A stretch of DNA of 49,023 bases from Bacteroidales bacterium (GTDB taxonomy: Bacteria; Bacteroidota; Bacteroidia; Bacteroidales; UBA12077): the NCBI GenBank assembly GCA_018334875.1, contig JAGXLC010000002.1, positions 1 through 49,023 on the forward strand. The letters run 5' to 3'. The notes beneath the pieces are model-generated. The model was not told where the DNA came from and ran no database searches. It saw only the letters and a program-made list of their open reading frames with translations. Both the position numbers and the translations under genes were made by a program. Of the stretch, positions 31,222 through 40,439 are shown one piece after another. Numbering within the stretch: the stretch's first letter is position 1; each line of letters opens with the position of its first letter.

Positions 31222-32469
31222 TTAAAATTCATCCTTAAAATATTGTACTGCACTTCCGATGGGTAATATGGGCGAGCCTCCAAGGGGACAAAGGGAAGTC
31301 TTCTGCATATATTCAGCTTCCTCTTTCATTTTTTCAAGCATCTCAGCCCGGTTGCCATTCTTCTTCTCTTTGACATCTTTCAGCATCATCACCAACATTC
31401 TTGTACCTACTCTGCAAGGCACACATTTGCCGCAGGATTCGTGCTCAAAAAACTCCAGGATGGAATGCATCATATCATAGAGGGATCGCGTTTCATCCAT
31501 CACCATAATGGCTCCGGAACCAAGAATAGCTCCTATTTCCTTCAGGGTATCAAATCCCATGGGAATATCAAACGCTTCTTCATTTACAAAAGTGCCTGCC
31601 GCTCCTCCTAATATAGCCGCTTTAAATGGCTTTCCATTCTTCATTCCTCCTGCCAATTCATATATGAGTTGTTTCAAGGTAACTCCCATTTCGACTTCAT
31701 AAGTGCCGGGATTTTCAATATCTCCGCTTATGGTAAAAATCTTGGTTCCCGGAGACCTCTCAGTTCCCATTTTCTTATAAGCTTCTGATCCCTCTGTTAT
31801 AATATAAGGTATATTGGAAAAAGTTTCCACATTATTGATGAGCGTGGGTTGACCAAAAACTCCGACATTAGCCGGGAAGGGAGGTTTAATGCGCGGATAT
31901 CCCCTTTTTCCTTCAAGAGATTCCAGAAGGGTGAGTTCTTCACCACACAAATAAGAACCGGCTCCGATTTTAAGTTCAATGTCCAATGAAAAGCCGCTAC
32001 CCTGAATATTTTCGCCAAGATATCCCTGGTCATAACAGTTTTTAATAGCCTGTTCCAACTTTTGGATGGATTCCGTATACTCTCTCCTGATATAAATATA
32101 TCCTTTTTCAGCCCAGATGGAGTAAGCGGAAATCAGCATTCCTTCAAGCATGATATAAGGATCCTGTTCCATGATAATCCTGTCCTTATAGGTGCCGGGC
32201 TCTCCCTCATCTGCGTTGCAAACAATGAATTTGGGACCACATTTATGACACCGGGCCTGGTCAGTGAACTCTAATTTCTTGCCGCTGGGAAAACCTCCAC
32301 CACCCCGTCCTCTTAAACCGGAGTTTTTCATTTCCTTTATTACATTCCTTGGATCCATTGACAAGGCCATCTTAAAAGCCTTGAATCCGCCGGAATTCAT
32401 ATAATCTTCAATACTTGATGGATTAATCCTTCCGGCATTTTTTAGTGCTATTCTTGTTTCCTGTATCAC
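31222..32469 (-). CDS. NuoF-like NAD(H)-binding FMN/4Fe-4S subunit
   Basis: GLRGRGGGGFPSGKK and ESCGKCVPCRVG. GTG start overlaps the upstream stop (GTGA). Confidence 0.88.
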   Translation of the reverse strand: MIQETRIALKNAGRINPSSIEDYMNSGGFKAFKMALSMDPRNVIKEMKNSGLRGRGGGGFPSGKKLEFTDQARCHKCGPKFIVCNADEGEPGTYKDRIIMEQDPYIMLEGMLISAYSIWAEKGYIYIRREYTESIQKLEQAIKNCYDQGYLGENIQGSGFSLDIELKIGAGSYLCGEELTLLESLEGKRGYPRIKPPFPANVGVFGQPTLINNVETFSNIPYIITEGSEAYKKMGTERSPGTKIFTISGDIENPGTYEVEMGVTLKQLIYELAGGMKNGKPFKAAILGGAAGTFVNEEAFDIPMGFDTLKEIGAILGSGAIMVMDETRSLYDMMHSILEFFEHESCGKCVPCRVGTRMLVMMLKDVKEKKNGNRAEMLEKMKEEAEYMQKTSLCPLGGSPILPIGSAVQYFKDEF

Positions 32470-32945
32470 GACTTAGTTTGTTTTTTGTGTTCTTTTTCAC
32501 GTAAATAATTGATAATGTTCTTCAACCTGGCTTCATCCAGATTATAGTAAACTGTATCATTCAACATCATTACCGGAGCTTTATCGCAGTGCCCAAGACA
32601 TTCAGAGGGTTCCAGGGTAAATAACATATCGCTCGTGGTTTCCCCAACACGGATAGTCAACTCCTTTTCAAGAACATTCAAAAGATTAAAAGCACCAACC
32701 ATCATACAGACCGGTGATTTACAAAAACGAATGATGTATTTTCCTCTGGGATTCATACTAAAAATGGAATAGTACCTTACTACGCCATACACCGAGGCAG
32801 TGGTAGTATTCAAATATTTTGCCACCTGCCTGATATCCGAATGGGTGATGTTGTTACCCGGGTTCTCCCGTTGTATCTCATGCAAAATAAGCAGAAGATT
32901 ATCCCGGGTTGGCGGGTATTTTTGAAGCGTATCCTTTATATCCAT
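32466..32945 (-). CDS. NuoE-like thioredoxin-fold 2Fe-2S subunit
   Basis: 159 aa with CKSPVCMMVG...CLGHCDKAP. Confidence 0.85.
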   Translation of the reverse strand: MDIKDTLQKYPPTRDNLLLILHEIQRENPGNNITHSDIRQVAKYLNTTTASVYGVVRYYSIFSMNPRGKYIIRFCKSPVCMMVGAFNLLNVLEKELTIRVGETTSDMLFTLEPSECLGHCDKAPVMMLNDTVYYNLDEARLKNIINYLREKEHKKQTKS

Positions 32946-33133
32946 ATCAAATAATTTAAGTAATGTATAAAAATAATGGATAATGGGATATGAGTCAATA
33001 GCATTTAATTATTTATACCCATTCCAGATAACGTTGGCAGCGCTTCCAGGTTACAGGATGAGGCGGATAAATAAAATTTATATCTACTCCGACAAATGGC
33101 TTTTTCAATCTTTTTGAAATTATAAATCAAAGG

Positions 33134-35290
33134 CTAAGAAGAATCTGCCACGCCTTCTTCATTTTCCAAAAGAATATTTAAAATTTTTATGGCTGTATCG
33201 GGAATCGGCGTTCCGGGACCAAAAATGCCCATAACTCCGGCATCATACAGAAATTGATAATCCTGGGAAGGAATTACTCCACCGACAATCACCATGATAT
33301 CCTCCCGGTCAAGGTTACGAAGTTCTTCCATAACCTGCGGTACAAGGGTTTTATGACCTCCGGCAAGGCTGGAGATACCCAATATGTGCACATCATTCTC
33401 AACTGCCTGCCGGGCGGCTTCGGCCGGTGTCTGAAATAGCGGACCGATATCTACGTCGAAGCCCAGGTCGGCATAGCCTGTTGATACCACTTTAGCACCG
33501 CGGTCATGACCATCCTGCCCCATTTTGGCTATCATTATCCGGGGTTGACGGCCTTCTTCACGGGCGAATTGCTTAACCAGCTCCCGCGCTTTCTGATAGG
33601 TAACATCATCCTTTGATTCGGATAAATACACACCTGATACGCTTCGGGTTACAGCCGTATAACGTCCCACCACTTTTTCACAGGCATAGGAAATTTCACC
33701 CAGTGTAGCCCGTTTTTTGGCTGCCTCAACCGATAATTCCAACAAATTGCCTTCACCCGTACGGGCACATTCAGTGATCCTGTTCAGGGCCTCTTGTACT
33801 TCTTCTTCATCACGCGCTTTCTTAAGTTTTTCCAAACGTTTAAGCTGGGCGTTGCGTACCGCTGTATTATCCACATTAAGCACCTCAATGGGTTCTTCTT
33901 TATCCGGTTTGTACTTATTAACACCTACGCGTACTTCCTTACCCGTGTCGAGCCGGGCTTGTTTCTTCGCAGCGGCTTCCTCAATACGCATTTTAGGTAC
34001 ACCGGTTTCTATAGCTTTGGCCATGCCCCCGAGATCTTCAATCTCCCTGATATGTTCCCATGCCCGCCTGGCAATCTGATCGGTGAGCTTTTCAACATAA
34101 TAAGACCCACCCCATGGATCAAGCGATTTTGTTATGTTGGTTTCTTCCTGAAGAAAAATCTGTGTATTTCTGGCAATTCTTGCCGAAAAATCTGTTGGAA
34201 GGGAAACGGCTTCATCCAAAGCGTTGGTGTGCAATGACTGTGTATGGCCTAGTGCAGCACCCATGGCTTCAAGGCAGGTTCGGGCTACATTGTTGTAAGG
34301 GTCTTGTTGGGTCAAACTCCAGCCCGAAGTTTGGGAATGGGTTCTAAGAGCCATGGATTTGGGGTTTTGGGGATCAAACTGCTTTACAATTTTAGCCCAA
34401 AGCATTCTGGCTGCTCTCATCTTGGCTATTTCCGTAAAATGATTCATACCAATACCCCAGAAAAAAGAAAATCTCGGGGCAAAGGAATCAATATCCAAGC
34501 CAGCATCCAGACCGGCTCTCAGGTATTCAAGTCCATCAGCCAAAGTATATGCCAGTTCAATGTCTGCGGTGGCACCGGCTTCCTGCATATGATATCCACT
34601 TACCGAGATGGAATTGAACCTGGGCATATTTACCGAGGTATATTCAAATATATCGGCGATAATACGCATGGAAAAATCAGGGGGATAAATATAGGTATTG
34701 CGAACCATAAATTCCTTCAATATATCATTCTGAATGGTTCCGCTGAGCTTCTCAAGGGAAACTCCCTGTTCGAGCCCTGCAACAATATAAAAAGCCATTA
34801 CCGGTAAAACAGCTCCGTTCATGGTCATGGAAACTGTCATCTGATCAAGAGGGATCTGATCGAAAAGCACCTTCATATCCAGTATAGAATCAACAGCCAC
34901 ACCGGCTTTGCCCACATCACCGGCAACCCGGGGATGATCGGAATCATAGCCTCTGTGGGTTGCCAAATCAAATGCTATGGATAAACCTTTTTGGCCTGCG
35001 GCCAGATTTCTCCTGTAAAAGGCATTGGATTCCTCGGCGGTCGAAAATCCCGCATACTGCCGGATGGTCCACTTGCGCATGGCATACATAGTGGAATAAG
35101 GCCCCCTAAGATAAGGAGGGATGCCTGCGGCATATTCCAGATGCTCTAGATTTTCGATATCTTCACGGGTATACACAGGTTTGAGGGAAATTTTTTCCGG
35201 GGTTTCCGCAACTGAGCTATATTCAGCCTTTTTCCGTTCACCGGCTTTCTTAATAAATTCGGGCTGTATATTGTTGAAATTTGGTCGCAT
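33134..35290 (-). CDS. mutB: Methylmalonyl-CoA mutase large (alpha, B12-binding) subunit
   Basis: 718 aa with the C-terminal DxHxxG motif ([11 protein letters not shown]). Confidence 0.94.
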   Translation of the reverse strand: MRPNFNNIQPEFIKKAGERKKAEYSSVAETPEKISLKPVYTREDIENLEHLEYAAGIPPYLRGPYSTMYAMRKWTIRQYAGFSTAEESNAFYRRNLAAGQKGLSIAFDLATHRGYDSDHPRVAGDVGKAGVAVDSILDMKVLFDQIPLDQMTVSMTMNGAVLPVMAFYIVAGLEQGVSLEKLSGTIQNDILKEFMVRNTYIYPPDFSMRIIADIFEYTSVNMPRFNSISVSGYHMQEAGATADIELAYTLADGLEYLRAGLDAGLDIDSFAPRFSFFWGIGMNHFTEIAKMRAARMLWAKIVKQFDPQNPKSMALRTHSQTSGWSLTQQDPYNNVARTCLEAMGAALGHTQSLHTNALDEAVSLPTDFSARIARNTQIFLQEETNITKSLDPWGGSYYVEKLTDQIARRAWEHIREIEDLGGMAKAIETGVPKMRIEEAAAKKQARLDTGKEVRVGVNKYKPDKEEPIEVLNVDNTAVRNAQLKRLEKLKKARDEEEVQEALNRITECARTGEGNLLELSVEAAKKRATLGEISYACEKVVGRYTAVTRSVSGVYLSESKDDVTYQKARELVKQFAREEGRQPRIMIAKMGQDGHDRGAKVVSTGYADLGFDVDIGPLFQTPAEAARQAVENDVHILGISSLAGGHKTLVPQVMEELRNLDREDIMVIVGGVIPSQDYQFLYDAGVMGIFGPGTPIPDTAIKILNILLENEEGVADSS

Positions 35291-35308
35291 AATTTATTGA
35301 TTGTCTTG

Positions 35309-37192
35309 TTATTTAATACCCAGTAACTGCTGAAATGTCTTTAAAGATTCAACAAGATTGGATTTAATGTGGATAAAATGCCGTAGTCCTTTTTGCCGGA
35401 GCATTTCAATGCTGTCTTTGGGATAACCCGCAACCACAATGATGGAAGTATATTTTAACCGATCATATATTGCCGGGGCTACTTCAGGATACTCCTGATC
35501 CGAAGAACAAACTACCACAATTTCAGGTTTCTTCTCCAGAGCTGCCTGCACCCCTTCATCTACGGACTGAAAACCAATGTGATCCAGAATTTCAAACCCT
35601 CCAGCGGCAAAAAAGTCCGCAGAGAACTGAGCCCGGGCCCTTCTCATCTTTTTATCGCCAATCGTCAGCATGAATACTTTGGGTCTGCGCCCCTTCATCT
35701 TATCGGTTTTCAAGCGCAGTTCCTCCATTTCTTCTGCTCCCCGGTAAGGTTTTATGGGCTCCGCTACAGCATGATCCTTTTTATGAGATTCGAGCCACAT
35801 AAAGGATTCATCATATTTTCCATCCAGTACTTCCTGAGAATTGGGATAAAGATTGATACCCACCAGCACTTCCTTTCGCATGGCAATATTCATATTCCTT
35901 TTGTTGGCAGTTTCCCCTATCTTTTCCTGAATGATGCGTTTCCTGAAAGCTTCAATATAGCCTCCTTCATTTTCAATTTCCTGAAAAAGCTTCCAGGAGT
36001 GTTCTGCAATGGATTGGGTCAGTTCTTCAATATAGTATGCACCTCCTGCAGGATCAACTACTCTGTCAAAATGTGCCTCTTCTTTAAGTATAATCTGGGT
36101 ATTGCGGGCTATCCTTCTGGCAAAATCTGTAGGTTCCTCAAAAGGACTGTCATAGGGAGTTACTGAAATGGAATCAGCACCTCCCAGCGAAGCCGACATC
36201 GCCTCTGTGGTATCCCGGATCATATTGACATAAGGATCGTACACGGTTTGATTCCAGAAGGAAGTTTCTGCATGGATCTTCATTTGGGTTGAATTGACCT
36301 CGGAGGGACCATATGCTTCCACAACCTTTGCCCAAAGCATCCGTGCAGCTCTGAATTTGGCTATTTCAAGGAAATAAGAAGGTCCAACACCAAATTTAAA
36401 ATGTATATTCCTGGCAGCAACCTCTACACTTACCCCCTGATCGGTAAGATATGCCAGATATTCGTTTCCCATAGCCAAAGCAAATGCCAGTTCCTGCACA
36501 ATGTTAGCTCCGGCATTATGAATCCAGGCGGCATCTACCGCAAGCACAGAAAAACCAGGTATATCATCCCCTTTTTCAACGAGCTCCTGTATTTCAGGAA
36601 ACTCCTGCCCGGCTGTCTCACAAAAATTCCCATATTTATTCAAACACCCAAGTGGATTATAATCAACACTGCCTTTTATCTCATCCTTCTCTATGGATTC
36701 TTCTTCTATTTTCTCCCGAAGCAAATCCAACACATGCTGCGAAGCATGGCCTGCCCGAAAATTCAATTCAATAACCTGGATACATATATTATCCAGCAAC
36801 TCCTCAAACTGTTGCCGGTTAAACTTGGTTTCCCCATCAAGTAAAAAACCGATGGAATCGACGCCACAATTTAGCACATTAAGCGCCTCCTTATTGGCCT
36901 TTTCCAGATTCGATCTGGCATCCACATCCTGGCGCACAAACCAACTGTTGTCCCGGTCGGTTTTTCCTCTGACCCAGGGAAATTCTGCAGGACGAATATC
37001 AAGGTGCCTTATTTCCTTTAAATCCTCTGCCCTATAATAGGGACGCACAGCAAAACCTCCAAGGGGCCGCCATATCAATTTTTTATTGTAGTCTGCTCCT
37101 TTGAGATCCTCCTGTATCTTTTCTTCCCATTCTTCTGTGGAAACCGGGGGAAAATCATCTCTAAACCTCAGTTTATCCTGCAATTTCACCAT
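35309..37192 (-). CDS. mutA: Methylmalonyl-CoA mutase small (beta) subunit
   Basis: 627 aa paralog of mutB. The DxHxxG position reads GDKKMRRARAQ (no His), as expected for the beta subunit. Confidence 0.88.
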   Translation of the reverse strand: MVKLQDKLRFRDDFPPVSTEEWEEKIQEDLKGADYNKKLIWRPLGGFAVRPYYRAEDLKEIRHLDIRPAEFPWVRGKTDRDNSWFVRQDVDARSNLEKANKEALNVLNCGVDSIGFLLDGETKFNRQQFEELLDNICIQVIELNFRAGHASQHVLDLLREKIEEESIEKDEIKGSVDYNPLGCLNKYGNFCETAGQEFPEIQELVEKGDDIPGFSVLAVDAAWIHNAGANIVQELAFALAMGNEYLAYLTDQGVSVEVAARNIHFKFGVGPSYFLEIAKFRAARMLWAKVVEAYGPSEVNSTQMKIHAETSFWNQTVYDPYVNMIRDTTEAMSASLGGADSISVTPYDSPFEEPTDFARRIARNTQIILKEEAHFDRVVDPAGGAYYIEELTQSIAEHSWKLFQEIENEGGYIEAFRKRIIQEKIGETANKRNMNIAMRKEVLVGINLYPNSQEVLDGKYDESFMWLESHKKDHAVAEPIKPYRGAEEMEELRLKTDKMKGRRPKVFMLTIGDKKMRRARAQFSADFFAAGGFEILDHIGFQSVDEGVQAALEKKPEIVVVCSSDQEYPEVAPAIYDRLKYTSIIVVAGYPKDSIEMLRQKGLRHFIHIKSNLVESLKTFQQLLGIK

Positions 37193-37217
37193 AAAAAAGT
37201 ATGTTAGATTTACAGTC

Positions 37218-37225
37218 CAAAAATA
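37218..37225 (-). promoter_or_regulatory. Candidate Bacteroidota -7 promoter element for mutA
   Basis: The - strand reads TATTTTTG, matching TAnnTTTG, 26 nt upstream of the mutA ATG. No clear -33 TTTG. Confidence 0.3.
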
Positions 37226-37277
37226 TATTAATTACCGATTCCATTGAACCTTAAAAATATGATTTATAGCATAATAT

Positions 37278-38348
37278 TCATTCTATTTTAAAACTCAATG
37301 AAACGGGCTGATGGTCTGAATACTCGAATTTCAAATCAGTGGTTTCCACATGCAAAGGCTTTATATTGGGAGAAACCAGATAGAAATCAATGATCCTGAT
37401 TTCAGAATCCTCATTAAAAGGTTTATCCAGGGCGCGATTGGTAGGCGCCCCGGAATCAAACATCCATTTCCATCCGGAAGTCATGAAATCATCTTCAATA
37501 ACAGGAGCCTGATCCGTGGCATATCGATTGCTTATTTCCGGCAATGAATCAATTCCGGGAGGATACTGATTCCAGTCACCCCCAACAATGATGTAATTGC
37601 CATTGCTGTATTCTTCCAGAAGAAATTCCCTCAAATAACTCATTTCCTGCTTTTTTAACTTACCGTTGTCATAAGCCGAATTGTGGGTGTTGACAACAAG
37701 CAATTCGGCATCATCCGGTAGTTTGTATCTTGAAACAATGAAGCATCGGTCAAGCATAAACAGCCGCCTGGGCCAGGGATAATTTCCGGGAAAACTATAC
37801 CGCGTAACCTGCCCGGGGAAAAAACGAGTAAAAGTGGCCAGTCCGCTTTTCACCTTTCCCAACGGAGATTTTACAGGTACAGGAACAAACTGAACCTGGT
37901 AATTCCCGGCAAAATATCCGTAAAATTCTTCCATATGGTTGGTAAGGTTATTGAACTGATTGATGTAATGGCTTCTTTTCGAGGAAGTATCTACTTCCTG
38001 TAATAGAATAAAATCAGAACTGCGGTTTGTATCCAATACTCCTTTAATCCCCTGCAGGTTTTTTATTGTATTTTCACGGGAAGTTCTGACCTGATCCCCT
38101 CCATCATAAAAAAAGCTCATATCTGACCCCAGTCCGCAATATCCTATATTCCAAATTACGACCTGAAAGGTATCTTTTTTTATAACAGATGCATCCGGGT
38201 TGTTTTGGATTACTATTTTTTCATCAGGCCTATATTCGGTTATAGTAAAATACAGGAGAAAAACCAGGAATAAAAAGATTATCCCTCCGAGCATGTAGAA
38301 AATAATTTTAAGTGCACCCATAACAATTCTGATTTTCGTTTTCAACAA
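37278..38348 (-). CDS. Membrane-anchored endonuclease/exonuclease/phosphatase (EEP) family protein
   Basis: N-terminal TM. LLQEVD, NTHNSAYD, GGDWN and a C-terminal YSDHQPVSLSF. The track start is TTG 38348; an alternative ATG lies at 38321. Confidence 0.75.
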   Translation of the reverse strand: MLKTKIRIVMGALKIIFYMLGGIIFLFLVFLLYFTITEYRPDEKIVIQNNPDASVIKKDTFQVVIWNIGYCGLGSDMSFFYDGGDQVRTSRENTIKNLQGIKGVLDTNRSSDFILLQEVDTSSKRSHYINQFNNLTNHMEEFYGYFAGNYQVQFVPVPVKSPLGKVKSGLATFTRFFPGQVTRYSFPGNYPWPRRLFMLDRCFIVSRYKLPDDAELLVVNTHNSAYDNGKLKKQEMSYLREFLLEEYSNGNYIIVGGDWNQYPPGIDSLPEISNRYATDQAPVIEDDFMTSGWKWMFDSGAPTNRALDKPFNEDSEIRIIDFYLVSPNIKPLHVETTDLKFEYSDHQPVSLSFKIE

Positions 38349-38456
38349 ATTTAAGGTTATTTTTTAAAAGAAAGCCTTCCCAGTTTGTGCTTAATATTAA
38401 TTTCTCTATATTTGACCCTACGTTTTTCGGTTTTTTTGATATTTAAATTTATTCTT

Positions 38457-38516
38457 ATGAAACCAGCATCCAGGAACCTTCACAACAAGAACATGAGTAA
38501 GATGCGGGTTCCATGG
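38457..38516 (-). ncRNA. Conserved hairpin element, copy A (candidate structured RNA)
   Basis: The reverse complement CCATGGAACCCGCATCTTACTCATGTTCTTGTTGTGAAGGTTCCTGGATGCTGGTTTCAT is 54/60 identical to copy B. Confidence 0.4.
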
Positions 38517-38585
38517 TGATACAAGCAAAATACATGAATTTGGCATGTAAATCAATTTGAAATTCAAACTTTTAATAAACTGTTA
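38457..38585 (-). repeat. 129-bp repeat unit (69-bp upstream block + hairpin), inverted relative to 41803-41931
   Basis: Hand alignment is ungapped with 111/129 identical positions. Confidence 0.85.
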
Positions 38586-38590
38586 TACTA

Positions 38591-39286
38591 ATGAAATTAG
38601 GTGTTGTTGTCTTTCCCGGCTCAAATTGCGATCACGATACCTTTTATGCTCTTGGAGAGATCATGCAACAGGAAGTTATTGAGTTATGGCATAAAGACAG
38701 AGATCTAAAGGATGTTGATGCGATTGTGCTTCCGGGAGGATTTTCATACGGGGACTACCTTCGTTCGGGTGCAATAGCACGTTTTTCGCCCATTATGGAT
38801 AGTATAACTGAATTTGCCAACAGAGGCGGCTTTGTTTTTGGCATCTGCAACGGCTTTCAGGTTTTGTGTGAGGCCGGCCTGCTTCCCGGGGCTTTGCTGC
38901 ACAATGACAATCAAAAGTTTGTGTGTAAAAACATTTACGTACTGCCCGACAACAACGACAATATATTGACCAAAGACCTGAATAAACAGGAGCCCCTGAA
39001 AATACCGGTGGCGCACGGTGAAGGAAAGTATTATGCCCCAAAAGATACACTTCAGGATATGAGGATGAAGGGGCAGATTATCTTCAGGTACTGTAATCGT
39101 TACGGTGAGATCACCACTGAAGCCAATCCCAATGGTTCACTTGAAAATATTGCAGGTATCTGCAATAAAAATAAGAATGTGTTTGGCATGATGCCCCATC
39201 CGGAAAGAGCAGGAGATGATATGTTGGGCAATACCCAGGGAAAGGCCATTTTCCGGTCGGTTATCAACAATCTGCTGCCCCGGTAA
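38591..39286 (+). CDS. purQ: Phosphoribosylformylglycinamidine synthase, glutamine amidotransferase subunit
   Basis: VVFPGSNCDHD, GGFSYGDYLR, GICNGFQ (Cys nucleophile) and MMPHPER. Confidence 0.92.
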   Translation: MKLGVVVFPGSNCDHDTFYALGEIMQQEVIELWHKDRDLKDVDAIVLPGGFSYGDYLRSGAIARFSPIMDSITEFANRGGFVFGICNGFQVLCEAGLLPGALLHNDNQKFVCKNIYVLPDNNDNILTKDLNKQEPLKIPVAHGEGKYYAPKDTLQDMRMKGQIIFRYCNRYGEITTEANPNGSLENIAGICNKNKNVFGMMPHPERAGDDMLGNTQGKAIFRSVINNLLPR

Positions 39287-39293
39287 ATTCGCT

Positions 39294-39710
39294 TCATGAA
39301 TACATCGGGAAAATGAAATCCCTGAAACATAGCAGGAATAGTATAGCCGATCCTGCTGCATCAAAACGGATCATAAGTTTTTTATTCTCTGTACGATTGT
39401 AAAGGAAAAATAAGACGATCCTCAACAGCAGTTGCAAAAAGAAAAACCCAAATACCTCCGGGCTGCTCTCATTGTAGGCTTTTGCTTTTTGAAAATTCAA
39501 CCTGACCATCTCGGAAAAGGCTCTTGAGAGCCCGGTGCTTGGGGTCTCTTCACCGGTTATGATCCTGTATTGGGAAGGGATTGGATAATTTTCTTCCGCA
39601 CGAAAAAGGCCCGAATAGAGGAAGATCATCAGAATAACAGCAGCAAATATTACATTGATAATCTGATATGAATCACTAAAATCAGGCCTTTTCATTCTTT
39701 CTTTTGGCAT
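39294..39710 (-). CDS. Hypothetical membrane protein
   Basis: 138 aa with about 3 hydrophobic segments and no recognised motif. Its stop is 7 nt from the purQ stop (convergent). Confidence 0.45.
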   Translation of the reverse strand: MPKERMKRPDFSDSYQIINVIFAAVILMIFLYSGLFRAEENYPIPSQYRIITGEETPSTGLSRAFSEMVRLNFQKAKAYNESSPEVFGFFFLQLLLRIVLFFLYNRTENKKLMIRFDAAGSAILFLLCFRDFIFPMYS

Positions 39711-39741
39711 CTAAAGCAGGCAAACGGGATATTTTTGCCTT

Positions 39742-40260
39742 TTACCTTTCTTTCCTGAGTTTTTCAAGTTCTTCCTCAGCCTTTTTTACCTCCTCATCCT
39801 CCTGACCGGAGTTAGAAGCATTTCCTTCTTCCTCATTAATCTCTCCTTCCAGCTCTTCCATCTTTTTTTCCAATTCTTCCATATCTTTTTCGTCTACCTC
39901 ATTTTCAACACCTTCTTCCATGTCTCTGGAAATCTCCTCCAGATGCTCCAGTTTGTCAAACCATTTCCCTTTTTGATCCACTGCATCCCTGATGAATGCA
40001 CCCAAAAACAAGAACCATAAAATTGCAATTACCGAACCAACTATAGAAACAACCAAGCCGGCGGTAGGTACCCCTTTGGAACCATTTTCCTGCTTTGCCT
40101 GTGACAAACCAATGGCACTTAATACAATACCTACTGCACCGAAAAGCAAAGCAATTATAAAAGTACACCCCATAACGGCAAGGGGAATAGAGATAATACC
40201 AAGAACCAAGCCTGCAATTCCCAGCCCTTGACCCGTGTTTGTTTTTTGTTGTTCAACCAT
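39742..40260 (-). CDS. Hypothetical membrane protein with an acidic coiled-coil tail
   Basis: 172 aa. Three Gly/Ile-rich TM segments are followed by an E/D/K-rich C-terminal region of about 70 aa. Confidence 0.55.
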   Translation of the reverse strand: MVEQQKTNTGQGLGIAGLVLGIISIPLAVMGCTFIIALLFGAVGIVLSAIGLSQAKQENGSKGVPTAGLVVSIVGSVIAILWFLFLGAFIRDAVDQKGKWFDKLEHLEEISRDMEEGVENEVDEKDMEELEKKMEELEGEINEEEGNASNSGQEDEEVKKAEEELEKLRKER

Positions 40261-40439
40261 AATGCCCTCCTGATTTTTAGTACCTTACCCGTCAAAAATA
40301 AAAAAAATATTGTTCAGGCGAATGAATCAATCAATTTTTCTTGACTTCATAAAAAAAAATCAAAAGAATTTTTTTATAATCTATAATAATGTTTATTTTT
40401 ATCCCTTGACCAATGTTGTACACTTCAAAATTCTAAATT

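Noticed and set aside
33113-33131. TTTGA-N9-TCAAA palindrome downstream of mutB and upstream of the FDH operon, considered as a Crp/Fnr-type site
   Set aside because: Only the outer 5 nt are complementary and the spacing does not match the FNR (N4) or CRP (N6) consensus. It is AT-rich sequence with a high chance expectation.
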